Of a DNA stretch of 64,000 bases, positions 9,170 through 20,000 are shown in pieces. The notes under the pieces are model-generated. The model did no database searches, was not told where the DNA came from, and saw only the letters and a list, made by a program, of their open reading frames with translations. Each line of letters opens with the position of its first letter. The first letter of the stretch is position 1. The DNA comes from Oscillospiraceae bacterium (GTDB lineage: Bacteria > Bacillota > Clostridia > Oscillospirales > CAG-272). The position numbers were made by a program, and so were the translations under genes. The stretch covers positions 158,560 to 222,559 of the forward strand of contig SVRT01000001.1 of assembly GCA_015064685.1 (NCBI GenBank), read 5' to 3'.

Positions 9170-10993
9170 ATGGCAAAGATTATAGGAATTGACTTAGGTA
9201 CAACAAACTCTTGTGTAGCAGTATTCGAGGGCAACGAGCCCATCGTTATCCCCAATCCCGAAGGCGCGAGAACAACTCCCTCGGTAGTTGCATTCTCCAA
9301 GACCGGAGAGAGAATGGTAGGTCAGGTTGCAAAGAGACAGGCTATCACAAACCCCGACAAGACAGTTATCTCTATCAAGAGAGATATGGGTACAAATAAG
9401 AAGGTAGATATCGACGGTAAGAGCTACAACCCTCAGGAGATCTCCGCGATGATCCTTCAGAAGCTCAAGGCTGACGCTGAGGCATATCTCGGTCAGACCG
9501 TAAGCCAGGCGGTAATCACAGTTCCCGCATACTTCACCGACGCGCAGAGACAGGCAACCAAGGACGCAGGTAAGATCGCAGGACTTGAGGTCCTCCGTAT
9601 CATCAACGAGCCGACTGCTGCTGCTATCGCGTACGGTCTTAACGAGGAGAAGGATCAGAAGATCATGGTATTCGACCTCGGTGGCGGTACATTCGACGTA
9701 TCTCTCCTTGAGATCTCCGACGGTGTATTTGAGGTTCTTGCAACCGCAGGTAACAACAAGCTCGGCGGCGACGACTTCGACCAGAGAATCATTGATTGGA
9801 TGGCAGAGCAGTTCAAGAAGGAGAACGGCATTGACCTTCGCAACGACAAGATGGTAATGCAGAGACTCAAGGACGCGGCAGAGAAGGCAAAGATCGAGCT
9901 TTCGGGTATGTCTGCATCCAACATCAACCTCCCCTTCATCACAGCAACCGCTGCAGGTCCTCTCCACTTTGAGGCTACACTTACAAGAGCAGAGTTTGAC
10001 CGCATCACTTCCGACCTCGTTGAGGCTACAATGGGTCCCACAAAGCAGGTCATCCGTGACTCGGGTCTCAGCGTCGGTCAGATCGATAAGGTACTCCTCG
10101 TCGGCGGTTCCACAAGAATCCCCGCAGTTCAGGAGGCAGTTAAGAAGTTCACAGGAAAAGAGCCCTTCAAGGGAATCAACCCCGATGAGTGCGTTGCTAT
10201 CGGCGCGGCTATCCAGGGCGGTATTCTTGGCGGCGACGTAAAGGATCTTCTCCTTCTTGACGTTACACCCCTTTCTCTCGGTATCGAGACTATGGGCGGC
10301 GTATTCAACAGAATCATCGACAGAAATACAACTATTCCCGTAAAGAAGAGCCAGATCTACTCCACCGCGGCTGACGGTCAGACCTCGGTTGAGATCCACG
10401 TTCTTCAGGGCGAGCGCGAGATGGCGGCTTACAACACCACCCTCGGTCGCTTCAGCCTTGATGGAATCACTCCCGCTCCCCGCGGAATTCCTCAGATCGA
10501 GGTTACCTTCGATATCGACGCCAACGGTATCGTTAACGTAACCGCTTGCGATAAGGGTACCGGTAAGGAGCAGCACATCACCATCACATCCTCCACGAAT
10601 ATGTCTCAGGAGGATATTGATAAGGCTGTTAAGGACGCTGAGAAGTTCGCAGAAGAGGACAAGAAGGCTAAGGATGCCGTTGAGACTAAGAACCGCGCTG
10701 AGACAATGATCTTCCAGAGCGAGAAGACTCTCACCGAGCTTGGTGACAAGGTCGACGCGGCTGACAAGGCAGACGTCGAGGCGGCTATCGAGAAGCTCAA
10801 GGAGACCGTTAAGAACGGTGACACCGACGCTATCAAGGCTGACACCGAGGCTCTTGAGAAGTCCTTCTACAAGATCAGCGAGAAGCTCTACGCTCAGCAG
10901 CAGGCACAGGGCGGTCAGGACTTTAACGGCGGCGCACAGGGCGGCGACGGACAGTTCTACGACGCAAACTACGAGGACAATTCCAACAAGTAA
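9170..10993 (+). CDS. dnaK: Molecular chaperone DnaK
   Basis: '[11 protein letters not shown]', '[10 protein letters not shown]', 'GVNPDE'-like 'GINPDE'. Confidence 0.99.
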   Translation: MAKIIGIDLGTTNSCVAVFEGNEPIVIPNPEGARTTPSVVAFSKTGERMVGQVAKRQAITNPDKTVISIKRDMGTNKKVDIDGKSYNPQEISAMILQKLKADAEAYLGQTVSQAVITVPAYFTDAQRQATKDAGKIAGLEVLRIINEPTAAAIAYGLNEEKDQKIMVFDLGGGTFDVSLLEISDGVFEVLATAGNNKLGGDDFDQRIIDWMAEQFKKENGIDLRNDKMVMQRLKDAAEKAKIELSGMSASNINLPFITATAAGPLHFEATLTRAEFDRITSDLVEATMGPTKQVIRDSGLSVGQIDKVLLVGGSTRIPAVQEAVKKFTGKEPFKGINPDECVAIGAAIQGGILGGDVKDLLLLDVTPLSLGIETMGGVFNRIIDRNTTIPVKKSQIYSTAADGQTSVEIHVLQGEREMAAYNTTLGRFSLDGITPAPRGIPQIEVTFDIDANGIVNVTACDKGTGKEQHITITSSTNMSQEDIDKAVKDAEKFAEEDKKAKDAVETKNRAETMIFQSEKTLTELGDKVDAADKADVEAAIEKLKETVKNGDTDAIKADTEALEKSFYKISEKLYAQQQAQGGQDFNGGAQGGDGQFYDANYEDNSNK

Positions 10994-11006
10994 TTGATTT
11001 TTGTAA

Positions 11007-11043
11007 GCGGGAGAGGTGAATTTTCAGATTTACCTTTCCCGCA
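11007..11043 (+). other. Stem-loop after dnaK (terminator or mRNA stabiliser)
   Basis: GCGGGAGAGGTGAAT...ATTTACCTTTCCCGC inverted repeat, no strong U tract. Confidence 0.6.
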
Positions 11044-11070
11044 ATACGAGTTTTATCGAGTGATAAATTC

Positions 11071-11121
11071 GTAGGGGCGATTCACGAATATTCGAGCGTG
11101 TCATTCGTGGCGCGCCCCAAC
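11071..11121. repeat. GTAG-type REP-like hairpin
   Basis: GTAGGGGCG-ATTCACGAAT...ATTCGTG-GCG-CGCCCCAAC imperfect inverted repeat starting with GTAG. Confidence 0.5.
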
Positions 11122-11144
11122 GGATTTATATATTGGAGGCAACT

Positions 11145-12278
11145 ATGGCAGATAAAAGAGATTATTATGAGGTGTTGGGCGTTCAGAAGGGCGCGAGCGA
11201 CGCCGATATAAAAAAGGCTTACAGAACGCTTGCTAAAAAGTATCACCCCGACATCAACCCCGGGGACAAGGATGCCGAGGCAAAGTTCAAGGAGGTCAAC
11301 GAGGCTTACGAGGTACTCTCGGATGCCGATAAGAAGGCAAAATACGATCAATTCGGCCACGCGGCGTTCGATCCCTCTGCGGGTGCAGGCGGTGGATACG
11401 GCGGATTTGGCGGTTTCGGCGGATTTGGTGACGTTGATCTCGGTGATATATTCGGAAGCTTCTTCGGTGGCGGTGGATCGAGCCGTCAGAGACGGAACGG
11501 TCCTCAGAAGGGCGAGGATATCGAGGTGGATATTACTATAAACTTTGAGGAAGCGGTGTTCGGCTGTAAAAAGGACGTAAGCTTCACAAAGTATGCAAAA
11601 TGCTCGAAGTGTAAGGGAAGCGGAGCCGAGAGCGGCGAGGCTGAGACCTGCCCGACCTGTCGCGGAAGCGGACAGAGACGCGTTATGCAGAATCTCGGCG
11701 GTATGCAGTTCCAGACGACCACGACCTGCGATACCTGTCGCGGTACGGGTAAGTACATCAAAAATCCCTGTCAGAAATGTCGTGGATCGGGCTTTGAGAG
11801 GATCTCGAAGAAGCTCACGGTCGACATTCCCGCAGGCATAGACCACGGAAAGGGACTCGTTGTTCGCGGAGCGGGTAACGACGGTAAAAACGGCGGGCCT
11901 GCGGGTGACGTATACGTAATGGTAAGCGTAAGAAGAAGCCCGACCTTCAAGAGAGACGGATATAATCTCTTCTGTGAGGTTCCGATCACTATGGCGGAGG
12001 CGGCACTCGGAGCGGAGATCGAGATACCCACGCTTGAGGGTAAGGAGAGCTACACGATAGCCGAGGGAACGCAGACGGGAACGACCTTTACACTCCGTCA
12101 GCGCGGTGTTCCGATAGTAAACTCAAGCCGCCGCGGAGATCTGTATGTCACGGTCAACGTTGAGATACCCAAGAGCCTTAATGAAAAGCAGAAGGAGCTT
12201 CTCCGCGAATTTGCAAAGGCTTGCGGCGAGAGCAACTATGCCAAGAAAAAGGGATTTATGAAGAAGGATAAGAAATAA
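11145..12278 (+). CDS. dnaJ: Chaperone DnaJ
   Basis: 'DYYEVLGV', HPD motif, G/F region, four CxxCxGxG repeats; RBS GGAGG. Confidence 0.98.
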   Translation: MADKRDYYEVLGVQKGASDADIKKAYRTLAKKYHPDINPGDKDAEAKFKEVNEAYEVLSDADKKAKYDQFGHAAFDPSAGAGGGYGGFGGFGGFGDVDLGDIFGSFFGGGGSSRQRRNGPQKGEDIEVDITINFEEAVFGCKKDVSFTKYAKCSKCKGSGAESGEAETCPTCRGSGQRRVMQNLGGMQFQTTTTCDTCRGTGKYIKNPCQKCRGSGFERISKKLTVDIPAGIDHGKGLVVRGAGNDGKNGGPAGDVYVMVSVRRSPTFKRDGYNLFCEVPITMAEAALGAEIEIPTLEGKESYTIAEGTQTGTTFTLRQRGVPIVNSSRRGDLYVTVNVEIPKSLNEKQKELLREFAKACGESNYAKKKGFMKKDKK

Positions 12279-12279
12279 A

Positions 12280-13248
12280 ATGACAGAAAACATAGACAAG
12301 GATTACGTATGCGGCGATTTTGGTGAGGTCACCGAGTGGCTGCAGATAAAAGTGACTGTAAAGACCGAGCGCCTTGACGACCTTGTATCGCTTATGAGTA
12401 TGATAGACAGTAATCTTCTTATCGAGGATCTCAGCGATATAGACCTAAAGACCTGCTACGGCGATCTTATAGACGAGAAGATACTGAACGCGGACAAATC
12501 TCACGCATCTGTGTCATATTTTGTGCCTAAGGATGCGAATATTGCCGATGATATGGCATTTTTGCGCGACAGACTCGTGTCGGGAGGATTCGAGGATGCC
12601 AAGACCGAGATAATCGGACTTTGCGAGGAGGACTGGGCAAACTCCTGGAAGGAGTTCTATAAGCCGTTCAAGATCGGAAAGATCGTAATCGTTCCCGCGT
12701 GGGAGAGCTACGCGGCAGAGGACGGAGAGATCATCGTAGCGATGGACCCCGGAATGGCTTTCGGTACGGGAACGCACGAGACCACGAGGCTTATTATTGG
12801 TCTGCTCCAGAAGTATGTTAAAGAGGGAATGAGCCTGCTTGACGTCGGAACGGGAAGCGGCATTCTCGCCATATGCGGCGCAAAGCTCGGTGCGGCTCCT
12901 TGTCGCGCGTACGATATCGACCCTATGAGTGTTCGCGTTGCAAATGAGAATATCCGCGAGAGCGGACTTTGCGACAAGATCACCTGCGACCAGAGTGACC
13001 TTTTGAAGCAGGTCAAGAATATCGCGGGCGGTTATGATATCATTTGTGCGAATATCGTGGCAGATATCATAATCCGCATGACTCCCGACGTCTCTCCCTT
13101 TATGAGCGAGAAGACGGTCCTGCTCGCATCGGGTATCATTTCCGAGAGAGCCGATGACGTTGTTGCTTGCTTTGAGGAGAACGGATTTGAGATAGTCGAG
13201 CGTGCTGAGGATAACGGCTGGTGCGCTTTGGCGGTTAAATTAAAATAA
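12280..13248 (+). CDS. prmA: Ribosomal protein L11 methyltransferase
   Basis: 'DPGMAFGTGTHETT', 'LDVGTGSGIL', 'ANIVAD'. Confidence 0.96.
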   Translation: MTENIDKDYVCGDFGEVTEWLQIKVTVKTERLDDLVSLMSMIDSNLLIEDLSDIDLKTCYGDLIDEKILNADKSHASVSYFVPKDANIADDMAFLRDRLVSGGFEDAKTEIIGLCEEDWANSWKEFYKPFKIGKIVIVPAWESYAAEDGEIIVAMDPGMAFGTGTHETTRLIIGLLQKYVKEGMSLLDVGTGSGILAICGAKLGAAPCRAYDIDPMSVRVANENIRESGLCDKITCDQSDLLKQVKNIAGGYDIICANIVADIIIRMTPDVSPFMSEKTVLLASGIISERADDVVACFEENGFEIVERAEDNGWCALAVKLK

Positions 13249-13256
13249 GAATAATA

Positions 13257-13296
13257 GGTGCGTGGCTTGAAAAATCAAGCGCGCACTTGTTTTTTT
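13257..13296 (+). terminator. Rho-independent terminator after prmA
   Basis: GGTGCGTGGCTTGA...TCAAGCGCGCACTT followed by T run. Confidence 0.65.
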
Positions 13297-13366
13297 GGGC
13301 AAAATATGTTATAATTGTCTTGTATCAGTACTGATATACACAAAAACTACCCCAAAGGAGAACAAA

Positions 13367-15532
13367 ATGTCAAATATCGACCTCAAAGCATTAGTTTCGC
13401 AGATGACACTGCAGGAAAAGGTGGATCAGCTTTTTCAGCTGACGGGAAATTTTTTCTTATCGGCTCAGGCGGATATAACCGGGCCGATGGGATTTTTCGG
13501 TCTTGATGAGGAGAGCCTTAAGAGTATAGGCACCGTGCTTGGCTCCGGCGGAGCGGAAAAGATCATAGAAATTCAGAAAAAACACTTGAGCGAGGATAGA
13601 AATAAAATACCGATGGTCTTTATGAGAGATATTATCCACGGTTGCCGTACGGTATACCCGATGCCTCTGGCAATGGGTTCGAGCTTTGATACGGAGCTTA
13701 TGGAGGAATGCTCCTACATGGCGGCAAGGGAGGCGTCGGTCAGCGGGACCCAGGTTACCTTTACACCGATGGTAGACATTTCCCGCGACGCCAGATGGGG
13801 AAGAATAATGGAAAGCTGTGGAGAGGACCCGTATCTTAACTCTGTAATGGGGGCGGCACAGGTCAAGGGCTTCCAGGGCGACGATATATCAAAGCCTGAC
13901 AGAGTGGCAACCTGCGTAAAGCACTTAGCGGCATACGGCGCAGGTGAGGCGGGCAGAGATTACAATAATGTTGAGGTGAGTGAAAGAGCGTTAAGAGAGT
14001 TTTATTTCCCACCATACAAGGCTTGTGTTGATGCGGGAACGAAAATGGTAATGCCCTCATTCAACTCTCTCAACGGAATTCCGCCTATAGCGAATAAATG
14101 GTTACTCAAAAACGTTCTCCGCGACGAGTGGGGCTTCAACGGAGTGATCATAAGTGACTGGAACGCAGTTGGAGAGCTTATAAATCAGGGCTTGGCAGAC
14201 GGATACAAGGAATGCGCTCGTCTTTCATTTGAGGCAGGGTGCGACATAGAGATGATGTCTCCCGCTTATCATAAGCATCTTGCAGAGCTTATTGGCGAGG
14301 GCAAGATCTTGGAAGAGGAGCTTGACGCGGCGGTGCTTAGATTCCTTGAATTCAAGGAGGAGCTTGGGCTCTTTGACGATCCCTATCACGGAGCAGATCC
14401 CATAAAGGAAAAGGAACTGGCACTTTGTCCCGAGCACAGAGAGATCGCGTACAGAGCGGCTTGTGAGTCGGCGGTATTGCTTAAGAACGACGGTGTTCTT
14501 CCTTTCTCAAAGGACGTAAAGAGAATCGCTCTTATAGGTCCGTTTGCCGATACAGGTGCTATAAAGGGTGCGTGGGCAGGCTCGGGACGTGATGATGAAT
14601 GTGTTACGGTCAGAGAGGGAATTGAAAGACTGCTTCCCAATGCTCAGATAGTGACCGCCGTCGGTTGCAGTGCGACGATAGGTGATAACGACACGTCGGG
14701 ATTTGACGAGGCGATAAAGGCAGCTAAGGATGCGGACGCCGTCGTTATATGCATCGGTGAGCCGCAGAATTATTCGGGAGAGGGATGCTCGAGGACCGAT
14801 CTTCACCTGACGGGTGTGCAGGAAGAGCTTGCAAAGGCGGTTTCTGCCGCTAACAAGAATTCCGCTGTGCTTCTGTTTAACGGCAGACCGTTGGTCCTTA
14901 CTGATATAGTTGATAACGTCAATGCTATACTCGAGATGTGGATGCCGGGTACAGAGGGTGGCAGTGCTGCGGCAAGCCTGCTGTTTGGCGACGTGAATCC
15001 GTGCGGAAAGCTTTGCGTTTCATTTCCAAAGAGCGTTGGACAATGCCCGATCTACTACAACTATTTCAATACCGGAAAACCGAAGAAAAAGAAGGATGGG
15101 GAATACGAGAGCTTTACGTCGAATTATCTCGATTGCGGAAATCTGCCTCTTTTCTTCTTCGGTGAGGGACTTTCATACACCGATTTCGTATACGAGTCAA
15201 TGACTATCGATAAAAATGTCCTCGACGAAAACGGTGAAATAAACGTTTCCGTAAGGGTAAGAAATGCAGGCGAGCGAGACGGAAAGGAAGTAGTACAGCT
15301 GTATATCCGCGATCTTATCTCCGAGGCGGTCAGACCTGTTCAAGAGCTTATCGGTTTTAAAAAGGTGTTCCTGAAGGCAGGGGAGAGCGGTACTGTCACA
15401 TTCCGAATAACCGAGCCACAGCTTCGCTATTATAACTTCAATTGCGAATGTGTAAGCGAAAAGGGCGATTTTACCGTTTCGGTTGGATACGCGAATCATA
15501 TGAAGCTTACGGATAAATTTACACTTGAATAA
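13367..15532 (+). CDS. GH3 beta-glucosidase (BglX-like), no signal peptide
   Basis: 'RDARWGRIMESCGEDP', 'CVKHLAAYG', nucleophile 'ISDW', 'SAVLLKND', C-terminal Fn3-like 'EVVQLYIRD'; RBS AGGAG. Confidence 0.93.
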   Translation: MSNIDLKALVSQMTLQEKVDQLFQLTGNFFLSAQADITGPMGFFGLDEESLKSIGTVLGSGGAEKIIEIQKKHLSEDRNKIPMVFMRDIIHGCRTVYPMPLAMGSSFDTELMEECSYMAAREASVSGTQVTFTPMVDISRDARWGRIMESCGEDPYLNSVMGAAQVKGFQGDDISKPDRVATCVKHLAAYGAGEAGRDYNNVEVSERALREFYFPPYKACVDAGTKMVMPSFNSLNGIPPIANKWLLKNVLRDEWGFNGVIISDWNAVGELINQGLADGYKECARLSFEAGCDIEMMSPAYHKHLAELIGEGKILEEELDAAVLRFLEFKEELGLFDDPYHGADPIKEKELALCPEHREIAYRAACESAVLLKNDGVLPFSKDVKRIALIGPFADTGAIKGAWAGSGRDDECVTVREGIERLLPNAQIVTAVGCSATIGDNDTSGFDEAIKAAKDADAVVICIGEPQNYSGEGCSRTDLHLTGVQEELAKAVSAANKNSAVLLFNGRPLVLTDIVDNVNAILEMWMPGTEGGSAAASLLFGDVNPCGKLCVSFPKSVGQCPIYYNYFNTGKPKKKKDGEYESFTSNYLDCGNLPLFFFGEGLSYTDFVYESMTIDKNVLDENGEINVSVRVRNAGERDGKEVVQLYIRDLISEAVRPVQELIGFKKVFLKAGESGTVTFRITEPQLRYYNFNCECVSEKGDFTVSVGYANHMKLTDKFTLE

Positions 15533-15744
15533 CATTTGAAGAGGGGGAGAGACATTCTCTCCCTTTTGCTGCTGTATCCGGTTTTGGCGATGAATAAAGA
15601 AATATTCAGTGTGTTAGAGGGACTTTGTGCATTTTTACATTGTGTAAATTGTATATATTGTTTGTTATGGCTTTTTAACCAAGAGAAAATAATAATAAAT
15701 TGTAAATAATGCGAATACAAATGTGATTTTTTACAAAAAACGTG

Positions 15745-15773
15745 TTGACAATTTGGTTATTTTGTAATATAAT
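15745..15773 (+). promoter_or_regulatory. Consensus sigma-A promoter upstream of rsmE
   Basis: TTGACA-17 bp-TATAAT. Confidence 0.8.
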
Positions 15774-15890
15774 TATTTACGCACTAACGTGAATTTTTAA
15801 GGATTGGAGCGCTCTCGGCTTGCTTTTTTGTGCAAATAGCTTACAAAAGATGTGATTTTGCTCAAAGAAAAAAGCCCTGTAACCCTTGAT

Positions 15891-16646
15891 ATGCCTCGTT
15901 TTTTTGTCACAAAGGATCAGATCGAAGACGGAAAAGTTACACTGCTCGGCGATGACGCGCATCACGTGTCTCGCTCGCTGAGAATGGCTGCGGGAGAGCA
16001 GATAATTGTCTGTGATATGCAAAAAAACGAATATGTCTGTGTTCTCGAGGATTTTCTTCCTGACAGAGTGGTGTCGAGAATACTCTCAACGAGCAAGAGT
16101 GACACCGAGCCGCCATACAGAGCGGAGCTTTATCAGGCACTTCCCAAGGGCGATAAGCTCGATTCGATCATTCAAAAGGCGGTCGAGTGCGGCGTGTGCT
16201 CGATAACGACCTTTAACAGTGAGCGTTGTATCGCAAAGGAAAAGGGAGACGAGGAGAAGAAGCTTTCGCGCCGTCAGAGGATCGCGCTTGAAGCCGCCAA
16301 GCAGTCGGGCAGAGGAATAATTCCCGACGTAAAGCCGACGGTGAGCTTTAAAGAAGCGATAGAACGCGCGTCAAAGGCTGATATCGCGCTTTTCTGCTAT
16401 GAGGGAGACGGCACTGTCTCGCTAAAGAGCTTCCTGTCCGAAAAACGGGAGGAGCTTTCGCTCAAGGGCCTTGATAATCCCACAGTATCCATCCTGATTG
16501 GCAGTGAGGGAGGCTTTTCGCTCTCCGAGGTCGAGCTTGCAAAGGAAAAGGGACTTATCCCCGTAGGACTCGGCAAAAGAATACTTCGCACTGAAACGGC
16601 ATCGGGCTTTGTGCTTGCAAGCCTGTGCTATGAGCTTGAATTATAA
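15891..16646 (+). CDS. rsmE: 16S rRNA m3U1498 methyltransferase
   Basis: 'MPRFFV', 'HHVSRSLRM', 'EAAKQSGR', 'IGSEGGFS', 'LGKRILRTETA'. Confidence 0.95.
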   Translation: MPRFFVTKDQIEDGKVTLLGDDAHHVSRSLRMAAGEQIIVCDMQKNEYVCVLEDFLPDRVVSRILSTSKSDTEPPYRAELYQALPKGDKLDSIIQKAVECGVCSITTFNSERCIAKEKGDEEKKLSRRQRIALEAAKQSGRGIIPDVKPTVSFKEAIERASKADIALFCYEGDGTVSLKSFLSEKREELSLKGLDNPTVSILIGSEGGFSLSEVELAKEKGLIPVGLGKRILRTETASGFVLASLCYELEL

Positions 16647-16708
16647 TTTTCCCATAAGGGATCAATATAAGGACAATAAAAAATTTTAGGACGCAAAAGA
16701 GGTAAAAA

Positions 16709-17794
16709 ATGGCTAACAGATTGTTTCACAACGTGATCAACCAGATGAAATCGGCAGTAGATCGCATCATTGGAGTAATTGACGAGAACGGTGTGGTTAT
16801 CGCATGCTCGGAGCTTGTCAAGGTTGGTGAGGTAAAGCAGGGAATCCGTGATGCACTCACATATTCCAACGATATCGCGGTTGTTGACGGCTACACCTAT
16901 CGCCCCATCTCGGTTGGAGCTAAGAGCGAGTACGTGGTATTTATGGAGGGTGAGGATAAGATGGCAGAGAAGATGTCAAAGCTTCTTGCCGTATCTCTCG
17001 CAAACATTAAGAATCTCCACGACGAGAAGTATGACAAGGGACTTTTCATAAAGAACATCATCCTTGACAACATTCTCCCCAGCGACATATACATTAAGAG
17101 TAAGGAGCTTCATTTCGGAACCGATGAGTCGAGGATCGTATTTCTCATCAAGTTCTTCGGCAAGACCGACGTAATGCCCTTCGAGATGCTCCAGAATATG
17201 TTCCCCGACAAGACGAAGGATTACGTTATCAGCGTAGGCGAGCACGACGTAGTTCTCGTTAAGGAGGTAAAGCACGATGCTGACATCAAGGATATCGAGA
17301 AGATCGCGACAAACATCTCCGACACCCTTACAGCAGAGTTCTACACAAAGGTAAATATCGGTATCTCTACCGTTGTTGATAACCTCAAGGACCTCGCAAG
17401 AGCATATAAGGAGGCTCAGGTCGCGCTTGACGTTGGAAAGGTATTCGAGACAGAGAAGAATATCGTCAGCTACGAGAACCTCGGTATCGGAAGACTTATC
17501 TATCAGCTTCCCACCACCCTTTGCGATATGTTCCTCCAGGAGGTATTCAAGAAGGGAAGCCTTGAGTCTCTCGACCGCGAGACGCTTATGACGATCCAGT
17601 GCTTCTTCGAGAACAACCTCAACGTTTCCGAAACGTCCAGAAAGCTCTTCGTACATAGAAACACTCTTGTTTACAGACTCGAGAAGATCAGAAAGATCAC
17701 GGGACTTGACCTCCGTGAATTTGAGCATGCTATCACCTTCAAGGTAGCGCTTATGGTCAAGAAATACCTCGGAAGCAAGCCTTCAAAATATTGA
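16709..17794 (+). CDS. CdaR/PucR family transcriptional regulator
   Basis: C-terminal HTH 'NLNVSETSRKLFVHRNTLVYRLEKI', GGDEF-like middle domain. Confidence 0.92.
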   Translation: MANRLFHNVINQMKSAVDRIIGVIDENGVVIACSELVKVGEVKQGIRDALTYSNDIAVVDGYTYRPISVGAKSEYVVFMEGEDKMAEKMSKLLAVSLANIKNLHDEKYDKGLFIKNIILDNILPSDIYIKSKELHFGTDESRIVFLIKFFGKTDVMPFEMLQNMFPDKTKDYVISVGEHDVVLVKEVKHDADIKDIEKIATNISDTLTAEFYTKVNIGISTVVDNLKDLARAYKEAQVALDVGKVFETEKNIVSYENLGIGRLIYQLPTTLCDMFLQEVFKKGSLESLDRETLMTIQCFFENNLNVSETSRKLFVHRNTLVYRLEKIRKITGLDLREFEHAITFKVALMVKKYLGSKPSKY

Positions 17795-17963
17795 TCCGGA
17801 GCTTCGCCGGCTTTGGATAGCTAAAATAATAAGCGAGACGTCCCGGACATAGTGATACGGGCGTTTCGCTTATCGAATTGTTTATGCAGTTTATCGGGTA
17901 GTATCTACCCTGATTTTTGACTTTACAGACAATGACGAAGTAAGAACCCAAAAGGAAAAAGCT

Positions 17964-19433
17964 ATGGATAGAAACGATCAACCAATTGAAAATCCTCAGG
18001 ATCAGCAGGATAACGGGGAATACGTATACGTCGGCAAAAAGCCGAAGACCATACCGCTTTACGCGGCTATATGCGCAATAATAATTTGCATTGTGATGAG
18101 CGTTCTTGCAACCTTTGCGCTCTGCACGATTCTTGATTCACCGTATGACGGAAATAAAGACGGTTCCGGTAAGGGAGAGTTAAGCACCGAGCAGAACGGA
18201 ACGGAAGGCGAAGGTCAGCAAAACGGAGGCAACATTAATACCGACGGTCTTGACGTTCCGTCCTATTTCAAGGACGTTATCGTTCTTGACGAGGTCTTCA
18301 AGCAGTACTCCTTCGACGGCATCGACGAGGAGAAGATGCAGGAGGCTATACTCGACGCTTACATCGCAGCTACGGGCGATATATATGCCGAATACCTCAA
18401 CGCGGAGGAGTATGAAGCATATTTCACCGAAAGAAAGGGCGAATTCGTCGGAGTGGGAGTTTCGATCGTAAACTCCGAGATCACTGTTAACGGATACACC
18501 TACAAGGTAATGGAGATCATCTCTGTATTCAAGGATTCTCCCGCCCTTGAAAGCGGCGTCAAGGTAGGCGACTGCATTATGTACGTTGATAACGGCGGTG
18601 AGCTTACTCTTGTTGACGAGATGGGATATACCCAGGCGCTCGACGTTATGCTCGGAGAAGCCGGAACACTTGCAAATTTCGTTGTGTTCAGACCTCAGGG
18701 TAGCGACTGGGAGGAGATCGAATTCTCGATTGCGAGACGCAAGGTAGAAACACAGTCGGTATATTACAGAGTAAGCGAGACTAATTCCAAGGTTGGAATC
18801 ATAAATATCACGGGCTTTGATATGACGACTCCTCCTCAGTTTAAAAACGCAGTTGACTCGCTCAAGGAAAGCGGATGCGAATATTTCGTATTTGACGTGA
18901 GAAACAATCCCGGCGGCGCGCTCGATTCTATCGAGACTGTCCTGACCTATTTCCTCAACGAGGGAGACGAGATCGTCAGCACAGAGTATTCAACGGGCGA
19001 AACCGAGACACAGTACGCGAGAGTGAAGAGATATTCGTCAGAGTACTCCGGCTTTAACGTAGCCAAGGAAGAGATCGGAATGTATAAGGATCTCAATTGT
19101 ATCGTCATAACAAACGAAAATACCGCAAGCGCGGCTGAGCTTTTCACCGCGACACTCCGTGATTATGGTCTTGCAAAGGTAGTCGGCGGCACGACATACG
19201 GCAAGGGCTGTATGCAAACGCTTTTCCCGCTCAGCTATTACGGACTTGAGGGCGGACTCAAGCTCACGGTCGCAATGTACTATTCGCAGAGCAAAACCGT
19301 TTATCACGGCATCGGCATTGAGCCCGATTACAAGGTAGCGCTCAGCGATGAGGCGCTTGAATATAACTTCTTCCTTCTCCCCGAGGAAAAGGACGATCAG
19401 ATGCTCAAGGCTATCGAAGAATTAGTAAAATAA
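17964..19433 (+). CDS. S41 carboxyl-terminal processing protease (CtpA-like)
   Basis: N-terminal TM, PDZ region, 'DVRNNPGG', 'TASAAE', 'TYGKG'. Confidence 0.93.
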   Translation: MDRNDQPIENPQDQQDNGEYVYVGKKPKTIPLYAAICAIIICIVMSVLATFALCTILDSPYDGNKDGSGKGELSTEQNGTEGEGQQNGGNINTDGLDVPSYFKDVIVLDEVFKQYSFDGIDEEKMQEAILDAYIAATGDIYAEYLNAEEYEAYFTERKGEFVGVGVSIVNSEITVNGYTYKVMEIISVFKDSPALESGVKVGDCIMYVDNGGELTLVDEMGYTQALDVMLGEAGTLANFVVFRPQGSDWEEIEFSIARRKVETQSVYYRVSETNSKVGIINITGFDMTTPPQFKNAVDSLKESGCEYFVFDVRNNPGGALDSIETVLTYFLNEGDEIVSTEYSTGETETQYARVKRYSSEYSGFNVAKEEIGMYKDLNCIVITNENTASAAELFTATLRDYGLAKVVGGTTYGKGCMQTLFPLSYYGLEGGLKLTVAMYYSQSKTVYHGIGIEPDYKVALSDEALEYNFFLLPEEKDDQMLKAIEELVK

Positions 19434-19466
19434 TAATTAATTACAACACATAAGGAGAAATACATC

Positions 19467-19955
19467 ATGGCACAGAAGATGCTTTACACAGAAGAGGGCT
19501 ATAAGGTACTTGTTGACGAGCTCAATTACCTCAAGACAACAAGAAGAGAAGAGATCAAGGAAGCTATCGCGGTAGCAAAGGGATTCGGTGACCTTTCCGA
19601 GAACTCCGAGTACGATGAGGCAAGAAACGAGCAGGCAAAGACCGAGGCTCGCATCAAGGAGCTCGAGGAGCTCGTTGCCAACGCGCAGATCGTTGATGAA
19701 TCCAAGATCGATACCGATATAGTATCCCTCGGTTCTTCCGTAACCGTTTATGACGTTGAGGAGGACGAGGAGATAGTTTACAGCATCGTTGGATCAAACG
19801 AGGTCAATCCCATTGAGAGAAAGATCTCCGACCAGTCTCCGATAGGTAAGGCACTTATGGGACAGAGAGCAGGAGCAAGCGTAACTGTTGAGCTTCCCTC
19901 GGGTGATGTTATCCACATCGAGATCAAGGAAGTAACAAGAGCGCAGAAGGCGTAA
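19467..19955 (+). CDS. greA: Transcription elongation factor GreA
   Basis: 'GDLSENSEYDEA', 'ISDQSPIGKAL'. Confidence 0.97.
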   Translation: MAQKMLYTEEGYKVLVDELNYLKTTRREEIKEAIAVAKGFGDLSENSEYDEARNEQAKTEARIKELEELVANAQIVDESKIDTDIVSLGSSVTVYDVEEDEEIVYSIVGSNEVNPIERKISDQSPIGKALMGQRAGASVTVELPSGDVIHIEIKEVTRAQKA

Positions 19956-20000
19956 AATGCAAGGTGCGATAAGCATAATGAGATAAGGGGGAGATGTGTT

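Noticed and set aside
9194-10576. 460-aa ORF antisense to dnaK
   Set aside because: Well-known shadow ORF from codon bias in highly expressed dnaK; no RBS or motifs
17880-17900. TGCAGTTTATCGGG, partial match to the shared element end A
   Set aside because: Lacks the AAAT left arm and has no partner end; could be chance
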